Source: Epiperipatus broadwayi (Eukaryota; Animalia; Onychophora). Taken from it: a DNA stretch of 64,000 nucleotides. Of this stretch, positions 53,298 to 64,000 are shown in pieces. Below the pieces are notes generated by a model. That model saw nothing but the letters and a program-made list of their open reading frames with translations. It searched no databases and was not told the DNA's origin. Each line of letters opens with the position of its first letter. The stretch's first letter is position 1. A program made the position numbers and the translations under genes. Where the stretch lies: the NCBI GenBank assembly GCA_028023455.1, contig JAQFVV010000005.1, forward strand, positions 20,770,001-20,834,000, given 5' to 3'.

Positions 53298-54144
53298 TAA
53301 ACCACTAAACATTTCATGATCACCATTTCTTATGCTTTCTCGTAACTGTTATTAAAACAGGCAAAACTCTCTATACAGTAGTGCCATTCAGTGCAAGCCA
53401 GAGTAATCAATGGATGCCAGAAGGCTTCATAAAATCTCTATCTAGTGACTACTCGTCCAATATTCCCAGACTAATTCCTAGCTTGTGGCTGTCTTCAGTG
53501 AGGAGCCTTCTATCTGAGAGCACTGCACCTAGATCTTAGGATCTAATGCAAACCCTTCAGTAGCTACCTTTTATCTCTACATAACCACAAAACTATGAGA
53601 ATAAAATTGAAAACACAATAATATTTTCAATCCAAGCTCATTAGCTTATATAGTCATATAGATCTGAACTCAGTTCAGTACCCATGCATTTTGATATCTT
53701 TGATTCTTTAATAATCAGTCATATAGATCTGAACTCAGTTCAGTACCCATACATTTTGATATCTTTGATTCTTTAATAATCATAGCCACCACTATCCTAT
53801 TAAGCAGAATTGGTATTAAACCACTAAACATCACATGATCACCGTTTCTTATGCTTGTTCATAACTGTTATTAAAACAGGAAAAACTCTCCATACAGTAG
53901 TGCCACTCAGTGCAAGTCAGAATAATCAATGGAAGACAGAAGGCTTGAGCATAAAATACCTATCTAGTGCCTACTCATCCAATATCCCCAGACTAGTTTC
54001 TGGCTTGTGAGCTTCGTCAGTGAGGAGCTTTGGATCTGAGAGCACTGCACTTAGATCTTAGAATCTAATGCAACCCTCTAGCAGCCACCTATTATCTCTA
54101 CAACTATAAAACAATGAACTTAAAATTGAAAACACAAAAATATT
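53298..54144 (-). mobile_element. ~450-bp HHR repeat array (about 1.7 tandem units with a 65-bp internal duplication), inside an RTE remnant
   Basis: Unit starts at 53361 and 53880 (519 bp minus the 65-bp duplication at 53652/53717 gives 454). Two HHRs (about 53455-53515 and 53977-54035). Flanks 53255-53295 and 54145-54240 match minus-strand RTE. Confidence 0.9.
53977..54035 (-). ncRNA. Best-preserved HHR of the ~450-bp repeat family
   Basis: ATCCAA AGC TCCTCA CTGACGA AGCTCACAAGCCA GAA ACTAGT C TGGGGA TA TTGGAT. Helix I is bipartite with an internal loop. Predicted cleavage between 53991 and 53990. Helix II is weak in this copy. Confidence 0.7.
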
Positions 54145-54724
54145 CTCAGATTCATATATAAGCCTACATTTATTTAATTTTTTTTTTCAAACACATGAAT
54201 ATATTCCTTTTAATATTATATTACTTTTCATTAAAAGCACTAAATGATGGATGTGACACATCTCAGTTTAGTTTTAAGAGAGCTGCCTTCATTAAAGTGA
54301 AAGTGAAATCGAGTTTAGTCTTGAAGGATGAAAAATCTCTTAATTCATTTAAGATGACTATTTCTTTTTAGTCAGAAAGATTGTATAATATTGCGAATTA
54401 ATGTAATTTTTTTTTTTTTGAGATATAAGAAAGTCTATATGAACAGCAGTGGCTTTTATATCCCAGATTGTTTTAATCTTGATTTATCTTGATTAAATAC
54501 TTTAGTTGTTACTAACATTTATTTCTAAACTCTTCTAGAAAAATAGGAAATATTTTAAATAATATTTTTTTCGCTTAAACCATGGTTTGCTAATTATGCA
54601 CCTATGCAGCAATATTTATTATAATAGCCTCCCCCATTCTATATCTACTGCAAATTGTTTCTAAATTTTCACATGGACCCATGGAACTACGTATAATAGC
54701 AAACCGTAGTATATGTGTTTGACA

Positions 54725-55215
54725 TACAAGGGTGAATCAAAAAATTTTCACTCTATAGCTTAGAATTCATTTTAATCAACTTTCAGAAAAGACATGTACA
54801 TCATTTTTTGATTTAATCTTCCTGCTTTCAATATACTTAGTCCATATGTCATCAAGCTTTTTTATTTCCTTATTTAAAATGTTTTAGAATGAGCTGCAAG
54901 GTATGAATGCACCATTGCTTTCACCTCTTCATCAGATATGATCTTTGTCATTATAGGATTCCCTTTAGGGGACCAAATAAATGAGTGTCTGATAGGCAAG
55001 ATTATAAATATATGCTAAAAGATCTCAAAATGAAGTTTTTGGAGAGTGCTGTTAGTGTGGGCAGTGGTATGTGGACTTGCATTGTCATGCAAGATCACAA
55101 TGTCCTTGAACAATAATCCTTTGTATTTTGTCTAAATTTTAGGGTTCAATTCTTCTGAGAGAATCTCACTATAATGAGCACTGTTGATTCTTGAACTTTT
55201 TTTTTGATAATGTCC
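54725..55215 (-). pseudogene. Mariner (Tc1/mariner) transposase 3' remnant with one TIR
   Basis: TA-CAAGGGTGAATCAAAAA TIR-like end. The minus strand has IVILHDNASPH, HLFGPL and SDEEVKAMV mariner motifs. Confidence 0.8.
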
Positions 55216-55488
55216 CATTATTCCTGAAGTGCAGATATTTTTTGACTCACCCATTTAATGCAATCACAGAATAATAATTTTAAGAGGGAATTGTCAAGCA
55301 TTGGTGGTCGAGAGGTCAGCAACAGCTGCTTTACAAGCAATTGTTCCAGGTTAGCAGGTTCACTTCCTGGCTGATGCTATGACACATGAGAAAAAAAAGC
55401 CTCAGGATTAAAGATCAATTCTATCATTTTTGGTGCTTGAACAACATAGGATCTCTCAATCAACATTTGATTATTTATATATATGCAC

Positions 55489-55530
55489 CCTGCAGTGGAT
55501 TGATAATGGTTGTTGATGATGATGATGATG
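55489..55530 (+). mobile_element. 42-bp RTE 3' stub with a 10-bp TSD
   Basis: CCTGCAGTGGATTGATAATGGTTGTT(GAT)n matches the RTE 3' end at 28068-28110. ATATATGCAC at 55479-55488 and 55531-55540. Confidence 0.88.
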
Positions 55531-55995
55531 ATATATGCACACACGATAGGATATAATTTTTAAAACGCAAATGTTAAGACATCAATAATGATAAGAAAAA
55601 AGTAGTTATGAAGAAAATAGTATAATAATATATCAATAGCAAAAGGAAGTAACTTCGTAGCTTAGAGCTTGAAAAATGCATATTAAATGCACAATATAGA
55701 AATGATTGACTTAGAGATTATTTATGATAGTACTTACACACATGCTTGAAATTTATGCACACGAATTTATGATTTTTTTATTTAAATTTTAAAACTGGTT
55801 TACCAAATTCATGGCTGGAAAAAAGATATGTAAGAAATTGTCTTACTTTCTGCTCTAGTGTGTATAGCAAAAGAAAGGGTAAAAAAGAAGCTAAAGAGTA
55901 TGGGTTTTAATTTTAAATATTAGTGAATAAGCAGTATTAAATCTCTAAAAAACTGAATTCTTTCTGTGTATTTTTCACAATGTTTTATTCAGTTG

Positions 55996-56036
55996 CTTTA
56001 GCAGAGTTTTGATTGTCCAACAGTCTTCTTCAGAGA
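55996..56036 (-). ncRNA. Fossil type I HHR (CTGAAGA-A-GACTG family), degenerate
   Basis: CTGAAGA A GACTG TTGGA CAATC AAAAC TCTG; matches 52408-52435 over 28 nt. Confidence 0.4.
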
Positions 56037-56391
56037 TCTTAATTTTTTTCCTTCCAATTTACTCTCTAGCAAATAGATTTGTGCATGAATGAGAACCAAA
56101 TTCTTATTTATACTGAAAGTTTATGATATATATATATATGAAAAACAAAAAAACAAGTAAAAAACTTGCTAACACTTGTATTTATGTCAACAGATGGTGT
56201 TCTATCAAAAACACCCGTCAAGCATATGTTTACATAAACGTCAGAGTATGCATTCACTATCTCTAACTTTAATTCCACTTTCAGATCATGATTTCAAATT
56301 ATTTGCTATCATCAATGAAAGACAGGAATTTTAGAAACTAGATCTAAACACAAACTCTGAGCGTTTATGAAACAGTTTCTATTCAGCTTGC

Positions 56392-56525
56392 AAGCGTGAA
56401 TCTCTTAGACACGTAATATATATATATATATATATGTTTTTACAATTATATGATATCATATAAGCGTGAATCTCTTAGACACGTAATATATATATATATA
56501 TAATGTTTTTACAATTATATGATAC
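56392..56525. repeat. Tandem duplication, about 70-bp period, containing (TA)n
   Basis: AAGCGTGAATCTCTTAGACACGTAA(TA)n...GTTTTTACAATTATATGATA occurs twice. Confidence 0.9.
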
Positions 56526-57968
56526 AAATAAAGTAGTTTGGGGGTTAAACAGTGTGTTATTTTTGATTAGTATCCAACATTTCAATGAAATAGCATCTGC
56601 CATTGTCAAGATTAAGTTTTCAAAGAAAAACCCTTAGATCTCAAATAGTAACGAGATTGAGTGTGAGGTAAAGAATGAGACTGAGCACATTCAGAATATG
56701 TGGATTAACAAAATGTTTATTTTCTTCAGTTTCACCATATATTTATTTCAAGTTTATATTAGTAGAAAGAGATAAAATAAGTGGTCTTCATAAAGCTGGA
56801 ATATGTAGTTCTTCATCAGATCTAATTAAACCAATTGGTTTTTTTTTAATATTTCAATCGACTCCCTCATGGTTTAAATCAAAAACTACTTTGTATATAT
56901 ATTAATAAAAAATTATATCTTATATTTTTTTAAATTTATTTCACAAATTTGCTATAGTACCACAAAAAATATTCAAAGGCATTGAATAATGTATTTTATT
57001 TTAAAATAAAATATATTGCATTTAATTATTTATAAAAGTCTATAGTGTGATGATTAATGCATTCTGTTCCCATGACTTGAAAAAGTGTAAACTGGATGAA
57101 AGTTAAAATCTTTTTCAGATTATAAGCAATGGCAGTCAATACAATTAGTCATCAAATTTCTGATTGATAGTTATTCCTAATTAGAAGGTAAAGCAAGAGA
57201 AAAAAACTTTACTTTCTCTTTTACTATTTTTTTGGCAGGTTGTTGAAGAAATCTTTGCCTATCAGTGGTTTTGCATTTATTTAAATATTTACATTAAAAA
57301 TGGTAACCTTTGGTGTAGTTGAAGATCTGGTGACTACAAAATGTATCCTGTAAAAACCTATCATTATTTTTTTTTATAGTGTTGTATCTAATCTGTGATG
57401 TAAATTTAAAAGATGTTTATTTGTATATTATATAATAATATGAAAAATTATTTGGTAATACATCGGCTATAGAAAATAAAAACAGCCTGGTTACGTTATA
57501 TCTATTCGTTTTTCACTAGCAACAGCGCCATCGGGCGTTGAGGCCGAATAGACGATGTATTACCAATTATTTTTATTAGAGCACTTTCTAAATGCCCATT
57601 AATAAGTTAGATAAGAAGTAAAATAATTTTTAAATAGCCCATTAAAGGGGCAAAGGTTTCTCCAATAGCCTTCTTAAAAAAGCACTAGAGGAAAAGGCAA
57701 TGCAAGCTCACCACATCTCAGATGTTAATTGTCTGAACATTTATATACCCTTGCTTTTCTTTTTATGTAAGATTAGTTGATGCCCATTTACTGACCAACA
57801 TTGGATAGTGATCTGAACTGATTTTAGATTGTAAACTTTATTAAACAATTTATCATAAAATTTAAAATGTAATTTACAAAGTGATATTATCTTACTTGGA
57901 TGTTCTTAATATTATATTAATGTTGTTTATATAAATATATCTTTTGAATGGCTAAAACAAATATCTTT

Positions 57969-60900
57969 TGTGATGTGATGTACTATGACTTCTTATATGG
58001 AGTCAGGAATCTCTCAGCAGCTATACCCAGAGAAACATGTTAACAACTTTACCTTCCCTTTCTACTCCCCACTCTAAGTTTCCCATATCCTGCTCCATCC
58101 CATTTCTACAACATAATCTTTGTCAACTCCATGGCCTTTATATCTAAATCCCCCCCATCTTTTTCCAAACCCAGCATAAAAATCAATAATCAATTTCCTT
58201 ATATTTATTCTTCTACAACTTTATTATTTGTGTCCTTTCTGCTTTCATGCACTTACATTCAAGTAACAGATGCCTAATATTTTCTCTGTCTTCCTTACAC
58301 AACTTTCAGACTAAATCACACACATTTTTCCATTTATGTGTATAATCCACTGTTGCTTAAGATCCCATTAGAGCTTTAAACAGTAAACTACTTTCCTTGC
58401 TATTATCATAAATTAATTTGCACCCAATATTCTGTTTACTTCTATATATATTTAAAACGTTTTCTACTCTTCATAATAGTTCTACACCTCCCTATTCTTT
58501 ATTGATGCATCTATTTTTCTATCCCATTCCTTACCACTATAACACTCAACAATTCTCCTAACACAATCATCCCATCTTTGGTACAAGTATACTGACATAA
58601 AATCTTTATCCAAATCTTCTGCATACCACATTTACTTTCTCACCCATCTTATCACCTGCCCTTTATTCATGATCCAATTAAATACTATTTTGGATATTCT
58701 TTTATCATTCACAAACTGCAATCTACCAAATATTTTCATTTTGCTATTTGCATCCCTCATATAAAAACATGACCATCCCATTTCTCCTTGAATTGCCTCA
58801 TTTGCCATCCACACTTCTGCCTCTAATGCATGTATTTTTACTTCTCTTTGTACTTTTTCCAAGTAATCTAATACCCCTTTACTAATACATAAAGCATGGT
58901 TACCATATGTTAACCCTGCTACCACCACTACCTTCCATATATGAAAATACTGTTAAATGTGTTTATCAATCTTTTTCTTTTCAGTGCTTCATTTATCAAT
59001 TTTTGCCATTCATCCAAGCAATTTCTCTGATAATTAGTTGACTCCCAAATAGTTATATCTATTCACCACACTTAAATTTATATCCCCCCAATAAAAAATC
59101 GTTGTCTTCCTTTCCCCAGTATTAATCATCATTACTTTTGATTTTTTCTTCACTAATCTTAATCCCCATCTCTTTACCCACCCTTGTGTTTGTCCTCAGC
59201 AAAACTTCCATATCTTCCCTTCTTTCTGTGCACAAAATAACATCATCTGCAAATAAAAGACCCAATAATGTATATGCTCCTTTGCCACCTATTAATGGTA
59301 TCTCTATCCCTCTTTCTAGTCTTTCTATTGCTCTCTCCATTTCTTTCAAATACAACAAAAACAAAGTAAGTGACATAAAGCATTCTTGCCTTAGTTCCAC
59401 CCCATTTTACATGTTAACTGATATTCTATATTCCCTAATTGACATGTATAGTAATTATTTTCATATAATTTCTTAATAATATCCACTAAAGTCCCATCCA
59501 TTCCCAAATTTACTAAACTTACCCATAATCTATTCCTATTTACTCTAGAATATGCCTTCTTTATATCTATAAAAACCATATATAACTGTCTACCTTATGT
59601 AATTACAAATAAACTATCTCCTATATGCCTATCCGATCAAAAAACTTCTTGTATTTCTCCCACTATATTATTTTCTTCCATCCATTTTGCAACCTTCCCA
59701 GCCAACATAAATGAGAAAACTTTATATAAAACTGATGTTACTGATAAGTCTATAATTGTTTAACTTTCTATGATCCTTAACCTTTCTTTTAAATAGTATC
59801 CTTACTCTTGTATTACTCCAACTACCCAGAAAATCTCTTTTCTGTGACATCTTATTAAAACATGATAATAATTTTACTTTTGCACTATGCCCTAAATTCA
59901 TTACCATCTCTGCTGCCCATCCATCCAAACCTCTTGCCTTTCCACTTTTCAATTTCTTCCCTGCCTTATTCAGTTCATTTTCTGTAAACCTAAAATTCTC
60001 ATTACTATATGCTTTCATGTTTACTATCACTCTGTCCTTCACATCTAACATATTTTCTATATCCATTACATATTTATTTAATATTATCTCTAATTCTTCT
60101 CTAGAATTACTCTCTACTCCCTCATCATCTAGTAATACTCTCTCCCCCCTACATTCCTTCTTTTAATGTATTTCCAAATTTTTTTACCCCCATCTCTTTC
60201 ACTTTTATATTAATATCCTCCAACAATTTACTATTCAATTTTATTCTGTCTCTATAATTATCTATTTTAGCCAATTTCTTTTTTTCTAAATGCTTTTCCC
60301 ATTAACATTAACATCTTTTTCACTTTCTTTGTTTTTAATAGCACACTTATATTCTCTACATAATTTTTTCCTCTTTTTTAACTCTCACTTTTTTATTACT
60401 TTTATTCTTCTGAATATTTTCACCTAAAACCCTATTTACCACTTTCTCTATTGCACCACACCAGTCCTTATACTCATCCCCAACCAACTCCTTCATGGTT
60501 TTTTCAACTGTTATTTTATGCTCTTCTAACTTACTCTCATTATTTGCTCTCCATCCACATCTTTCACTATCGTTTCTACTTTTATTCTATTTTCCATCAC
60601 ATTACTAACCATTTCTATTATAAAGAAGTTATGATCAATATTACAGACTCTCTCTTCATTATCAAACACCTTAATTTTCCATACTTTATTAATACCCTCT
60701 TTCTCTACTAATACATAATCTATTATGTGGAATATATTATTTCTAGACCTTGTGTATTATCCCTCATAAATATTTGATAAATTTCCAGTGCTCAAATTTA
60801 CTTTCTGACAAAAATTCTTCAAAAGCTGTCCATTCTTATTACCTACATCATCAATTTCTTCAATATGCCCATTCATATTCCCTATAACCATTATTCTCTC

Positions 60901-61860
60901 CCTCTTATTTGAAACTCTGTATATCCTTAACTAGGCATTCATATATGCTACTGTTCCACTCCATTATAGTTTGACTATCGCCAGTAGCTATATACACTAT
61001 AGCCACCATCCATTCTTGTCTTCCTAACCTTATCTCATACCACAAATGTTCTTGACATTTAACAGTATTTAAATGTTTTTTGGCATAACTCCTATACCAC
61101 CACCCCTTTTTTCTTTTTCTTTTCTATTTATATCTTGCCATATCAAGTCTTCTAGAATAGGTTCTTCTTCTCTTAGATGTGTTTTCATTACTGCTAATAC
61201 CTCAAACTCATTATTTTTAATTGCTTCTCTTAGATGTGTTTTTATTACTGCTAATACCTCAAACTCTTTATTTTTAACTGCTTTGTTTAATTCCAGCCAC
61301 TTTTCTGGTCTCCTACCACCTTGCATATTCAAATACCCAATTTTAACAATTTCTTCTTTCCTAACTACTCTTTTATAAATTCTTTTGACTCTTTCTTCTT
61401 CATTACATTTATAAATAACTTGCTTACCATTAATTTTACAGATCCATTCCCTCTCCACATCTACATTTATATCTAAATCAGCTACCTTTTGTTTATTTCT
61501 TCATCCATCATTCTTCTTCTTTCTTAACCCCAATTAAACCCCCCCCCATTCTTCTTCTTTCTGATAACACTGCAATTTAAATCCCCCACCCCTTTATAAG
61601 TTTCCCAAACTATATTCTTTATAAATCAGACTTCCTAAAACTTCACTTCCTTGTTTTTCTTTTTATAACTCCCTCTTTCCTAATAAAAAAATCCCACACA
61701 TCCACAAACATAACATCATTTCTCTCACAAATTTTTTCAATCTCTCATTTATAGAACATCCCTATCTAACATATACCTTTTGTCAAATCTTGTAATAATC
61801 CAACTTTTCTACTCTTCCTTTAATCTTCTCAAATCTTTCCACTACCCCCCCCCCCCTAGT
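57969..61860 (-). mobile_element. Decayed APE-type non-LTR retrotransposon with an esterase-like ORF1 remnant (RTEX/CR1-group-like), copy A
   Basis: Minus strand: NDVMFVDVWDFLLGKRELY (SGNH-like, about 61660-61760), IGYLNMQG..KTHL..RGGGIG (APE), FIDIKKAY, LLFADDV and LTYGN (RT). (CACAT)n 3' tail at 57969. Confidence 0.85.
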
Positions 61861-61862
61861 CC

Positions 61863-63549
61863 GATGTGATGTGATGCACTGTGACTTCTCCTTATACGGA
61901 GTCAGGAATCTCTTCAGCAACTATGCCCAGAGAAACCTGTTAGCCACTTTGACTTCCCTTTCCATTCCCCACCCCAAGTTTTCCCATATTCTTCTCTATC
62001 CTGCTCCATCCCATTTCCACAACATAATCTTTGTCAACTCCATGGCCTTTATATCTAAAACCCCCTTATCTTTTCCCAAACCCAGCATAAAAACCAATAA
62101 GCCACTTTCTGTATAATCACTTTGTTCATATTTATTCTTCCACAACTTCATTATTTGTACCCTTTCTGCTTTCAGGCATTTACATTCAATTAACAGATGC
62201 CTAATATTTTCTATGCCTTCCTTACACAACTTGCAGACTAAATCACCCATATTTTTCCATTTATGTGTATATTCCCTTGTTGCTAAAGATCCCGTTCGAG
62301 CCTTAAACAGTAAACTACTTTCCTTGCTATTATCATAAATTAACTCACACCCAATATTCTGTTTACTTCTATAAATATTTAAACTCTTTTTACTCTCCAT
62401 ACTAGCTCTCCATCTCTCCAACTCCCTATTCTTTATTAATGCATCTATTCTTCTATCCCATTCCTTAACACTATAACACTCAACAATTCTCCTAACACAA
62501 TCATCCCACCTTTTGTATAAGTATACTGACATAAATTCTTTATCTAAATCTTCTGCATATCACATTACCTTTCTCACCCATCTTGTTGCCTGCCCTTTAT
62601 TCATAACCCAATTAAATACTATTTTGGCTATTCTTTTATTATCCATAAACTGCAATCTACTGAACATTTTCATTTTGCTTTTTGCATCTCTCATTTTTCT
62701 TTTTCCCCTTCTTTCTCATATAAAAACTTGACCATCCCATTTCTCCTTGAATTGCCTCTTTTGCCGTCCACACTTCTGCATCTAATGCATGTCTTCATAC
62801 TTCTCTTTGTACTTTTTCTAAGTAATCTAATACCTCTTTACTAACACATAATGCATCATTACCATATGTTAACTCTGCTACTGCCATTCCTTCCATACAA
62901 TTCTAGCTACATCATATTTATTATAGGAGAACACTGTTAATTTCTTTATCAATCCCTTTCTTTTCTTTGCTTCATTTATCAATTTTTTCTCCCATTCATC
63001 CAAGCAATTTCTCTGATTACTTAAGATGATTCCCAAATAGTTATATCTATTCACCACACTTAACTTTATATCCCCCAATAAAAATTCTTTGTCTTCTCTT
63101 TCCCCAGTATTAATCATCATTACTTTTGATTTTTCTTCACTAAATTTAATCCCCATCTCTTTACCCACCCTTGTGCATGTCCTCAGCATAACATCCATCT
63201 TCCCTTCTTTTTGCACACAAAAAACATCATCCACAAATAAAAAACCCGATAAGGTATATACTCCCTTGCCACCTATTATTGGTCTCTACTCCTCTTCCTA
63301 GTCTTTCTATTGCTCTCTCCATTTCTCTCAAACATAACAAAACCAAAATAGGTGACAGAGGGCATCCTTGCCTTAGTCCCACCCCATTTTTAACTTTAAC
63401 TGATTCTATATTCCCTAATTGATACGTATAGTAAATATTTTCATATAATTTCTTAATAATATCCACTAAAGCTCCACCCAGTCCCAAGTTTACTAAACTT
63501 ACCCATAATCTATTTCTATTTACTCTGTCATACATTCTCTATATCTACA
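61863..63549 (-). mobile_element. Same LINE family, copy B (3' part), head-to-tail with copy A and interrupted by RTE
   Basis: GLRQGCPLSP, YNYLGI, LLFKARTGSL and CKLCKEGIENIRHLLIEC motifs; (CACAT)n tail at 61863. Confidence 0.9.
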
Positions 63550-64000
63550 ATCATCATCATCATCATTATCAACCATTATCAATCCACTGCAGGATGAAGG
63601 TCTCTCCAAGTTTAATCCATCTTCTCCGATCTTTAGCTTCTCTTCTCCACATCACCCCTACACATTTTCTTATTTCATCCATCCATCTTATATGTGGTCT
63701 CCTTCTGGGTCTTTTACAATCTCTTGGAATCCAGTTTAAAATTTCAATTGTCCATCTATTATCATCTCTTCTAGCAATATGTCCAGCCCAACTCCACTTC
63801 AATCTTTTAATTTTTTCAATGAGGTCAGTAACACCTGTTTGTTCTCTTACCCATACATTGCGTTTTCGATCTCTTCTTGTTACTCCCAACATACATCTCT
63901 CCATACTTCTTTGAGTGGTCTGAAGTCTCTGTATTGATCTTCTATTAAGTGTCCAAGTCTCAGATCCATAAGTAAGAACTGGTAAAACACATTTGTTAAA
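63550..64000 (-). mobile_element. RTE LINE 3' end nested in LINE copy B; runs off the window
   Basis: Near-identical to the reverse complement of 27660-28110; (TCA)n tail at 63550. Confidence 0.92.

Noticed and set aside
53298-54144. CRISPR-like interpretation of the recurring palindromic repeats
   Set aside because: Units are ~450 bp, contiguous and diverged, with no repeat-spacer structure or cas genes; the context is eukaryotic.

Overview
Very AT-rich animal genomic DNA, most likely an invertebrate (host not identifiable from sequence). It has one recognisable host gene fragment: the first large coding exon of an UNC93A-like MFS protein on the minus strand (49651-50694). The rest is intronic or intergenic sequence full of mobile DNA: a decayed Penelope-like element (RT + GIY-YIG) with an inverted terminal duplication, RTE LINE fragments, an APE/esterase-type LINE in three pieces, a mariner remnant, a 174-bp MITE with an 8-bp TSD, tRNA-derived repeats, a cox3 NUMT and long microsatellites. 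The main unexplained signal is RNA structure. The window holds at least five distinct families of type I hammerhead ribozyme (HHR) motifs, each with its own palindromic (in one family pseudo-palindromic) helix III. They include (i) a ~450-bp non-coding tandem monomer, present at about 8 loci, that inserts as foldbacks with 9-13-bp TSDs (retrozyme-like), (ii) one mutation-free HHR at 41263-41303, and (iii) an HHR whose core carries a compensated A3-U8 pair instead of C3-G8, found in the Penelope terminal repeats and in a separate copy. All pairings and alignments were done by eye; no searches or folding programs were run.
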